Source: a virus (taxonomy: Duplodnaviria; Caudoviricetes). Taken from it: DNA of 55,756 bases. Positions within the stretch are counted from its first letter, which is position 1. The number at the start of each line of letters is the position of its first letter. The stretch spans positions 1-55,756 of the IMG/VR virus record IMGVR_UViG_3300021519_000002. One strand, written 5' to 3'. The position numbers and the translations under genes are program-made. Below, piece by piece: positions 48,826-55,756 of this stretch. Below the pieces are notes generated by a model that made no database searches, had not been told where the DNA came from, and saw only the letters and a list, made by a program, of their open reading frames with translations.

Positions 48826-49473
48826 ATGTCATTTTTTGTTGAGAACAATTTCAAGGAATTTGAGCGTTGCCCACCGGGGTCACATCTTGCACGGTGCTAC
48901 CGCATCATTGACGTAGGTACTCAAAAAAGCGAATTCAAAGGGGTCGTAAAAAATCTCAGGAAAATTCGTTTCTCTTGGGAGATTCACGGCACTAATGATG
49001 AGGATATGCCCATCTTGATGGAAGACGGTCGTCCCTTCTCGGTGATGAAGGAATACACCTTGTCATGGGCATCTATGTCCAATCTTCGCATTGACCTCCA
49101 GTCGTGGAGAGGCAAAGCGTTCACAGATGACGAGATGGAGAAGTTTGATCTGGAAACCGTTCTTGGCGCATGGTGCATGCTCAACATCATCGAAAGTAAA
49201 GGCAAGAACGGAAATACTTATTCCAACGTGGATGGGGTATCTCCAATCCCTTCAATGTTGAAAAACAAGAAGCCTGCTGCGGTAAACAAAAATGAGATTT
49301 TTAATATCGCAGACCATGACATGGAAATGTTTGAAACATTTTCCGATAACCTCAAAAAGAAAATTGAGGCATCTCCTGAGTGGAATCCACAAACCAAAGC
49401 AAGTCCAAAATCCACTCCTAAGTCTCAGCCACCCCAAAGGATGGATGAGCCTGACGATGATATTCCTTTCTGA
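48826..49473 (+). CDS. SSB-like phage replication protein (NGO0469-like)
   Basis: G.HLARCYRIIDVGTQ, YTLS....SNLRIDLQSWRGKAFT; acidic DDDIPF C-terminus. Confidence 0.8.
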   Translation: MSFFVENNFKEFERCPPGSHLARCYRIIDVGTQKSEFKGVVKNLRKIRFSWEIHGTNDEDMPILMEDGRPFSVMKEYTLSWASMSNLRIDLQSWRGKAFTDDEMEKFDLETVLGAWCMLNIIESKGKNGNTYSNVDGVSPIPSMLKNKKPAAVNKNEIFNIADHDMEMFETFSDNLKKKIEASPEWNPQTKASPKSTPKSQPPQRMDEPDDDIPF

Positions 49474-50261
49474 TGGCAACCATAATCGCCAGATCAGCGG
49501 AATCTGTTCATTGGTACAGGCAGGACGGTAAGCCACAGTACACTGTGGCGGCAAAGGACGGATCACAACGTCCTACAACCCTCCGCGATGCCCGTAAGAT
49601 GGATTTGGTTCCATCTGTGACCACTATAACCAAGGTGGTCAACAAGCCTGCCCTCATTGCTTGGCAGCTTGAACAGATGATGCTTGCAGCCATGACCCTG
49701 CCAAGGGTCGAAGGAGAAAGCGGGGAAAGTTTCATCCAGCGCGTTGACTATGACTCCAAAGCAACAGGGCGCATGGCAGCAGAAAAGGGAACCAGAATCC
49801 ATGAGTCGATTGAGCGGCACTACAAAGGCGAGGCAAATGTTGAACACGAAGAAACCGCCAAAGCCTTTGCCGGTGCTGTATCAACCTACTTCGGGATTCC
49901 TCCTTACGATGGGTGGAAGACTGAGCAATCATTTTCCACCAATCTTGGCTACGGTGGAAAGATCGACCTTTCCTACCACCCATCCGAGAAGATGCCTCAC
50001 GGGATCGTGCTGGATGCCAAGTCAAAGGAATTTGGTCCTGACGATAAAGTCATTGCATACGATGAGAATCTGATGCAACTGTCAGCTTATCGATACGGTA
50101 TCGGAATACCTATGGCACGGTGTGCAAACGTGTTCGCTTCACGCACCCATCCGGGGCTGATCAAAATCTTGGAATGGACTGAAGAAGACCTACAAAGGGG
50201 CTGGAAGATGTTCAATCATCTTTTGGGATATTGGAAAGACAAAAACAAATTTGGAGCATGA
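49473..50261 (+). CDS. PD-(D/E)xK exonuclease (RecB/Cas4-like)
   Basis: PSVTTI, GTRIH, GGKIDL, LDAKSK, QLSAY. Confidence 0.85.
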   Translation: MATIIARSAESVHWYRQDGKPQYTVAAKDGSQRPTTLRDARKMDLVPSVTTITKVVNKPALIAWQLEQMMLAAMTLPRVEGESGESFIQRVDYDSKATGRMAAEKGTRIHESIERHYKGEANVEHEETAKAFAGAVSTYFGIPPYDGWKTEQSFSTNLGYGGKIDLSYHPSEKMPHGIVLDAKSKEFGPDDKVIAYDENLMQLSAYRYGIGIPMARCANVFASRTHPGLIKILEWTEEDLQRGWKMFNHLLGYWKDKNKFGA

Positions 50262-50481
50262 AATGCTTACTCCGCAAGAAATAAACGAGGTCTTTATCAA
50301 CACCAAGCTGGAGGAGGATTACAACTTCCTTCAGGATGATCTGGTAAAGCTTGCCAAAGCCTTTGTAGACGCAGCAGCACCCAAGATAGCATTCGCAGAA
50401 CGTACCGAATGCATCATGTTCGTCAGCAGCCTCAATAGCTTGGTTGGCGAGGCTTTGATGGAAAAGAGGGGAAGATCGTGA
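50251..50481 (+). CDS. Hypothetical protein (~72-76 aa)
   Basis: Last long ORF of the plus-strand operon; GGAG before ATG 50263. Confidence 0.65.
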   Translation: MEHEMLTPQEINEVFINTKLEEDYNFLQDDLVKLAKAFVDAAAPKIAFAERTECIMFVSSLNSLVGEALMEKRGRS

Positions 50482-50544
50482 TTTTTGTTCGATCTATGTT
50501 GATTTTTTTAGTAATGATTTTTATCTTAATTCTAGTCGTCAATT

Positions 50545-50580
50545 AAAAAAACCCCCTCTCTGGGGGAAACAGAGGGGGGC
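50545..50580 (-). terminator. Intrinsic terminator ending the late operon
   Basis: Minus strand CCCCCCTCTG-loop-CAGAGAGGGGG followed by T7, at the convergence of the two transcription units. Confidence 0.75.
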
Positions 50581-50623
50581 TAAGAGGGCGCAATGCCCTC
50601 ACGCTAGTGAGACAACCAGCGTT

Positions 50624-52087
50624 CTATTGTTTTGGTTCTTCTTTTAAATAATCTTTTGTAGTGTCGTATGCAGCCAAACCCAAGGATGGTATTTGCATCA
50701 AATCACCAGCACCCATCAATGGTGCGATATTTGTAGCCTGCAATAAAGCGCCATAACCACCAAGTTGATGAATTGGCGATCTAATATAATTACCTGCTTC
50801 CCTTTCTTTTTTAGCCTGCTCAAATTCTAATGGCGCAAAAGCCGCTCCAACAGTAGGAAGAAATCTTGCTCCTTGTTTTCCCAGCCACTCTAAAGGGCGA
50901 AGATATTTAGATTTTGTTTTCCAAACTTTTTCCTCTGCCAATCTTTTTGCATCTTCAAGTTCTCTTTGTCTTTGAACAGGAGTGGTTGGAGATTTTTCAG
51001 CATGACTTTGCATTTCTTTAGCCATGTTTGGAATGGCTTTAACATGTTCTTTTAAAGCTTTTTTATGCTCCTTTAAAGCTTCTGCGGCTTTTTGTTCTTC
51101 TCTTTTTGCTGCGGATAAATTGACTGTGGAATGGGCTTTATGCTCTCTTATTTCACGTTTAAGTTCTTCCAATCTTTTTTCTTCTTGTTTCACTCTAAGT
51201 TCTTCCGCAGAAACAATTTTTTGTTCTTTATCAAGTGTTTTTCTAACAGCATCCAACCCTGATTCGGTTAAAGACAAAATAGATTCTTTGACATTTCTAA
51301 ATTCTGGCGCAATATTTCTTGTTGTTTGCGCTCCAGAAACATTTTTTGGGATAACCTTTTTTTGAACATTACTCATGCTCTCCGCTTCAAGTGCCTGACC
51401 CGGAGATGTTCCAAACTCTAAAGCATATTTTTCAACTGCTGGCCCACCTGTTGGGCGCGGAGTCAACTCTATTTGTTTTGGAGTAGTTGTTGCTGGCCCT
51501 TTTCCTTGTGCCAGTTTTTCAGCTTCCAATTCATAAGCAGCATCTCTAGCATGAGCAAAAGCATGTTCAGATTCTGCTTGAGCCACATTACTAGAGTGAT
51601 AATCATGTGTATCTTTAGCACTTTGCAAATTATTTTCTAAATTTCTAGTGGTTTGTGCATGAGCGGCATTCGCTTCAGCTAATTCACTTTGCAATTGAGC
51701 GCCACGTTCAGCATGAACTTGACGTTGGGCTTCTAAATCTTCAGGAATTCTTCCAAGTCTGGTATTTGCTTCTCTGATTGTTTCCATTCCTGTTGCGTTA
51801 GCTTCAGGATTAAATTGAATACTTTGAGGGATTATTTTTCTAGCAACCATGCCAGCGCCAACACCTAATGCTGGCGCTATAAACGGACTCAATGCTTCTG
51901 GAATAAAAGAATCTAATTTGTCTTTTGCATTTTTTGCCAATTCAATTACTGGTTTTGCACTTGTGCTTGGCGCTTCTGGAGCAGCAGGAGGCTTAGGCGC
52001 TGCTTCTGGACTGCTTTGGTAATTCAATCCATTGGGATGATTTTTTTGAAAATACTCATCCACTGATTTTTGAGTTTCCTCATCCAT
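50624..52087 (-). CDS. Putative internal virion / ejection protein (487 aa, coiled coil)
   Basis: Last gene of the late operon; helical with a hydrophobic C-terminal segment. Confidence 0.6.
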   Translation of the reverse strand: MDEETQKSVDEYFQKNHPNGLNYQSSPEAAPKPPAAPEAPSTSAKPVIELAKNAKDKLDSFIPEALSPFIAPALGVGAGMVARKIIPQSIQFNPEANATGMETIREANTRLGRIPEDLEAQRQVHAERGAQLQSELAEANAAHAQTTRNLENNLQSAKDTHDYHSSNVAQAESEHAFAHARDAAYELEAEKLAQGKGPATTTPKQIELTPRPTGGPAVEKYALEFGTSPGQALEAESMSNVQKKVIPKNVSGAQTTRNIAPEFRNVKESILSLTESGLDAVRKTLDKEQKIVSAEELRVKQEEKRLEELKREIREHKAHSTVNLSAAKREEQKAAEALKEHKKALKEHVKAIPNMAKEMQSHAEKSPTTPVQRQRELEDAKRLAEEKVWKTKSKYLRPLEWLGKQGARFLPTVGAAFAPLEFEQAKKEREAGNYIRSPIHQLGGYGALLQATNIAPLMGAGDLMQIPSLGLAAYDTTKDYLKEEPKQ

Positions 52088-53679
52088 TATTTTTCTCCCC
52101 GAAGTTTTTTCTCATAATTGTCGTCATATATTTTTTTAATGCCGTAATATTTATCATTTAAAGAATTTAAAGCTTTAGAATTTTGATGAATATCAGCTAA
52201 AGGGGTGGCGCTTTTAGGGTCTACATTTTCTCTGCGTTCTTTCATTACCGTATCGTAGTATTCTTTGTTGTGATTAAAATCTGCACGACCATGATTCAAA
52301 ATATTTATTGCTGCATCAGGTGTTTGATCAGGACTGGCAAAAGCTGACATTGCTTTCATGTATTCAGCTTGCGCTGTTTGTCTGTTCATTGATACACCTT
52401 GTTGCTTCAACGATGCCATCGTAATGGTCATTAAAGCACTGAATAATTTATCCGCAAAGTTTTTTGCTTTATCATCAAGACCGGCATCTTTAAAAGCCCT
52501 TATTGGCAAGCTTACGTTTGCATTAAACGATCCGGCGTGAATCCCAAATCCTTCTGCCATCGCTGCTTCAAAAGGGTTGTTACGAAGCATCGCAAAAACT
52601 TTTCTTGCTAACTCTTTATTATTTTCCATAAGGCTAATAGCAGAATCGAAAGACGATGCAATTCTGGTGTAATTATTTCCAGTAACTGTTGGCTGTAAAT
52701 TTGCCATTGTTACTGCGTAAGGTTCCTCTGCTGCTTTTGCGTTTTCTTTATAAGAATTTAAGTAAACAATCCTATCTTCAGGCCCAATTCCTTCCGTTGA
52801 TGGGAATGGTACTGAATGAGGATATTTGACGTTGCTTTTGGGTGCGGTAGTTGCTGTTGGTTCAGTTGGAGTTTCACTACGACTATTTTTTTCTAAATAA
52901 TCTCGCGCATCATTAAACCTTTTTTTCAAAAAAGGATTATTAGGGTCGTTTTTAAGTTCATCAGCAAAAATAGCCAGTTGGTTTTCTGCTGCACCAATAG
53001 TTCTTCCATCAGGAAGTTTTTTCATCCGATCAACAATAGTTTTAGAAGCTGGAGGTTCCACGGCAGAAGGTTTACTTGGTTCTGGCGCTGGATTGACAAC
53101 TGAGTTTTTATTTCCATAAGTAGATTTATTTAAATACTCTTTTTCTTCACTTGTGAGTGGCATATTAGAGTTTAGTTTTGTTTGGATTCTGGTTAGTTCA
53201 ATAGTCTGTTGTTCTTTTTCATATCTCATTTGCGCCTCAAGAGATTTAACAACAGGAGAATCTGGGGATGTTGCAGACCACTCTGAAATCAACTCTTTTG
53301 AAGGAGTTTCATTAGGGTGATCTTTTCTCCATTGCTCTATGGCTGAAGCAACTTTTTTGTTTTGACCAACCGCAATATCAGACTGAGCCAGTTGAGCCTT
53401 CATCTGGGCTATTGGCAACATCTGTGCTCGTTGATTTTCTACGTTCTCACCCATTGCCTCGGATGCACTACCCAAAGAGGCAAGGAAGCCACCTAGTTGA
53501 GGCTTGGCAAATCCTGCGGCAACTTTGAAATAATTTGGCTGGGCATATCTTTGCTCCAGAGCATGGATGCTATCTTCAAGTGTCTGATGAAGTTTTGTCG
53601 CCCTATCTTCATCAACACCATACATATTGGTTTTTGCAGGATCGATTCCAAATCCAATAGCGCCTTTTTCATCAGCCAT
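52087..53679 (-). CDS. Putative internal virion / ejection protein (530 aa)
   Basis: N-terminal AAGFAKPQLGGFLASLGSA segment; helical; position. Confidence 0.6.
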   Translation of the reverse strand: MADEKGAIGFGIDPAKTNMYGVDEDRATKLHQTLEDSIHALEQRYAQPNYFKVAAGFAKPQLGGFLASLGSASEAMGENVENQRAQMLPIAQMKAQLAQSDIAVGQNKKVASAIEQWRKDHPNETPSKELISEWSATSPDSPVVKSLEAQMRYEKEQQTIELTRIQTKLNSNMPLTSEEKEYLNKSTYGNKNSVVNPAPEPSKPSAVEPPASKTIVDRMKKLPDGRTIGAAENQLAIFADELKNDPNNPFLKKRFNDARDYLEKNSRSETPTEPTATTAPKSNVKYPHSVPFPSTEGIGPEDRIVYLNSYKENAKAAEEPYAVTMANLQPTVTGNNYTRIASSFDSAISLMENNKELARKVFAMLRNNPFEAAMAEGFGIHAGSFNANVSLPIRAFKDAGLDDKAKNFADKLFSALMTITMASLKQQGVSMNRQTAQAEYMKAMSAFASPDQTPDAAINILNHGRADFNHNKEYYDTVMKERRENVDPKSATPLADIHQNSKALNSLNDKYYGIKKIYDDNYEKKLRGEK

Positions 53680-53682
53680 GAT

Positions 53683-54906
53683 TTAACCTTTCCGATATGG
53701 CAGTGCGCCACGGGATTGAGTAGACGCGCAACCTTTGTATTTCTTTGCCTTTATTAAGCCGCCTTTGGCTACATACTGGGCATCAGAATTTCCACCGTAA
53801 TCAATATTTGCTGGGGTAAAAGGTGTTGAATTTGAAGTAATGTTTCCATAAATATCCTTCACAGTGTTATACATGTTGTATAGCTGCGAAGAGTTTTGAA
53901 TAGGCTGACCAGTTACCGGATTAATTTGATTTTGCAACATCCCCATCGTCCCAGAACCAATTGCAGCAGCAGCAGACAGCGGCGACATGTTGAGAGAGGT
54001 CTGAGAACCAACAGGCACGTTGTAACCTTGTAGAAGGCTCGACAGAGAAGACAGTGTCGTCAGAGGATAGTTCTGCTTGTTCTGTGCAATTGTCTGCTGT
54101 TGACCACCAAGACTAGACAGAGCATTCACGCATGCCAGATTCATGCAGGCACCCGTCTTTGCAAGCTGACCCAAATTAGTACCGGCAGTGTTCAGCAATT
54201 GACCCTGATTGGATGCAGCTTGAGCAGCATACTGACCGGCAGTCAGGTTGGCTGTGTTCTGGGCCTGTTGTGCAGAAGAAGTCGTATTGGCAAGATTCGT
54301 CAATGCCGATTCTTTTGCTCCAGCAGCCTGCAACGCGCTTCCATAGGCTGTATTGGACATGTCAGCAATTTGCTTATTCAGGCACTGTTCTGCTTGCGCC
54401 TGAACCTGTCCCAGCACTTGAGCGCCACGCTGTGATCCATACTGACCCGAACCTACCGCAGCAGCCGTAGCCTGCGGTGAGAGGTTCTGAATAATGTTTC
54501 GATGACCAACATCCGACAGATTCTGAACCGCAGTCTTGAGGTACGGACTCATGTATTGAGTTGCCACACAACCCAGATTCAGGTTGGCAGCAGAACAAAT
54601 CATGGGTCTGGCAGCACACAGTGGGCTGGCACTTGTACCGGCTTGGAGGTAAGGAGCAGCAGCACCAGTCACATTCTGGTTTGCAGCCTGCCCTACAAGG
54701 TTCTGACCAGCAGTGACTCCGGGCTGGAAAGCACCATAGTTCTGGCAAGCCTGAGCAAATGCCTTCGTCTGGAGCGGTTGAGCGCAAACAAATTGAGCAT
54801 TCTGCTGCGCCGTCTGCCCAGCGTTCGCCAGATTACTAAGGTAATTGGTGTAATACTGCGGAGCAGTCGTTACCTTGCACTGGGTCGAAGTCAGTAAATT
54901 TGCCAT
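53683..54906 (-). CDS. Putative DNA pilot / ejection protein (407 aa, Gln/Ala/Asn-rich)
   Basis: YMSPY, GQYGSQRG, LGGQQQ motifs typical of podovirus transfer proteins; VAKGG near the C-terminus. Confidence 0.65.
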   Translation of the reverse strand: MANLLTSTQCKVTTAPQYYTNYLSNLANAGQTAQQNAQFVCAQPLQTKAFAQACQNYGAFQPGVTAGQNLVGQAANQNVTGAAAPYLQAGTSASPLCAARPMICSAANLNLGCVATQYMSPYLKTAVQNLSDVGHRNIIQNLSPQATAAAVGSGQYGSQRGAQVLGQVQAQAEQCLNKQIADMSNTAYGSALQAAGAKESALTNLANTTSSAQQAQNTANLTAGQYAAQAASNQGQLLNTAGTNLGQLAKTGACMNLACVNALSSLGGQQQTIAQNKQNYPLTTLSSLSSLLQGYNVPVGSQTSLNMSPLSAAAAIGSGTMGMLQNQINPVTGQPIQNSSQLYNMYNTVKDIYGNITSNSTPFTPANIDYGGNSDAQYVAKGGLIKAKKYKGCASTQSRGALPYRKG

Positions 54907-54908
54907 TT

Positions 54909-55756
54909 TTAGCCTTTAGCAATGTAGTCAAGCGGTGATTTCGCCTTTGGGGGTATTTTACCCGTAGGAGCAGACCGCTTATGCATTCTCAACTTCTCGC
55001 GCAGACCGTCCAGAATCTTCGCACCCTTTTTATTATCACCGCCACCCAAAGCATTTACAAATCCGGCTGGGAACACATATTCCCCATCCGCTATCTTGGC
55101 TGCAACAGCCTTCCCACCAGACTCTTCCTTGTGGGGGACTTGTTTACGAAAACCCTCCAGAATGCCCATTCCGGCCTTGCTAGAGCCATCGCCAAGAGCC
55201 GACACAACATCTGCGTCCATGACATAGTCCCCGTCGTGCAGCATGGCTGGGATGTCGTCTGACTGCCCCGTGCCGCCTCCGCAGGCATAATATCCAGTCA
55301 GCCCAGTAATGAACTCAGGATCATGACCTTTTGGGGCTGCTTCAGCATATTTCTTGGGGAGTCCACCTTCAGCCAGTCCACCCATCTCACCATAAGGCGA
55401 TATCTGCTGACGCAGTTGCTTCAGCTTGGACATGGTCAAAGCCTGCCTTTTGGGGGTGGCTACCGAGTTAGGAAGCACATCAGGCCCAGAACAGACAAAT
55501 TGAGGCATATAAGCTGGGTTCTGATTCAGGCAAGAAATTGCACCAAGTCCACCAGAAGCGTATTTCTTCATGATCAAACCACCATTTTTTGCTGTTAAAG
55601 GTTCAAGCTTAACTTCGTCTTTTTCTTTGGCACCCAAAGGTGATCCACCCAAAAACTCTGCTTTTGAATCTAGCCAAGGAATCCTTGAGTCTCCAGAACG
55701 AACGCTGGAAAGAGGGCTTTGGGATGTACCACCACCTCCACCACCACCTCCACCAC
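54909..55756 (-). CDS. 3' part of the junction-spanning internal virion protein, with tandem G[DE]YV domains
   Basis: Open in frame from the join (GGTSQSPLSSVRSGDSRIPWL...); GTGQSDDIPAMLHDGDYV and KIADGEYVFPA. Confidence 0.8.
   Translation of the reverse strand, partial: GGGGGGGGGTSQSPLSSVRSGDSRIPWLDSKAEFLGGSPLGAKEKDEVKLEPLTAKNGGLIMKKYASGGLGAISCLNQNPAYMPQFVCSGPDVLPNSVATPKRQALTMSKLKQLRQQISPYGEMGGLAEGGLPKKYAEAAPKGHDPEFITGLTGYYACGGGTGQSDDIPAMLHDGDYVMDADVVSALGDGSSKAGMGILEGFRKQVPHKEESGGKAVAAKIADGEYVFPAGFVNALGGGDNKKGAKILDGLREKLRMHKRSAPTGKIPPKAKSPLDYIAKG
55735..55756. repeat. Terminal direct repeat, right copy
   Basis: Identical to 1-22. Confidence 0.85.

Noticed and set aside
49473-50261. Cas4 as a sign of a CRISPR system
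   Set aside because: Solo PD-(D/E)xK nuclease next to an SSB-like gene, a normal phage recombination context

Overview
The window is an apparently complete, circularly assembled ~55.7 kb tailed dsDNA phage genome with podovirus-like gene content. The first 22 nt repeat the last 22 nt, and a minus-strand ORF reads in frame across the join. Almost all genes are on the minus strand. In transcription order they run: replication/early block (Cro-like HTH, ParB-domain protein, SF2 helicase, TOPRIM primase, 2OG-Fe(II) oxygenase, RuvC-like resolvase, about 35 small ORFs behind a repeated sigma70 promoter element), terminase small and large subunits, two very large modular proteins, portal, GroES, scaffold, major capsid, adaptors, a multi-gene tail-fibre set, lysis cassette (holin, M15A endolysin), nozzle, and four putative ejection proteins. 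A short plus-strand operon encodes an SSB-like protein and a PD-(D/E)xK nuclease. I recognise no integrase, DNA polymerase, tRNA, CRISPR array or prohead protease. The most striking unexplained signal is a recurring [YFMLHK]-[AKS]-x-G-G-x-[VI] peptide motif. It marks every domain boundary of a ~1328-aa protein made of ADP-ribosyltransferase-like and ParB/Srx modules, brackets a GP88/radical-SAM-like module in the next gene, occurs 13 times in a 475-aa head-region protein, and recurs in ejection proteins beside a tandem G[DE]YV domain. One AT-rich module is flanked by an 18-bp direct repeat that overlaps the motif. I infer a swappable, virion-delivered effector polyprotein system. All family assignments come from motif recognition by eye, not from database searches.
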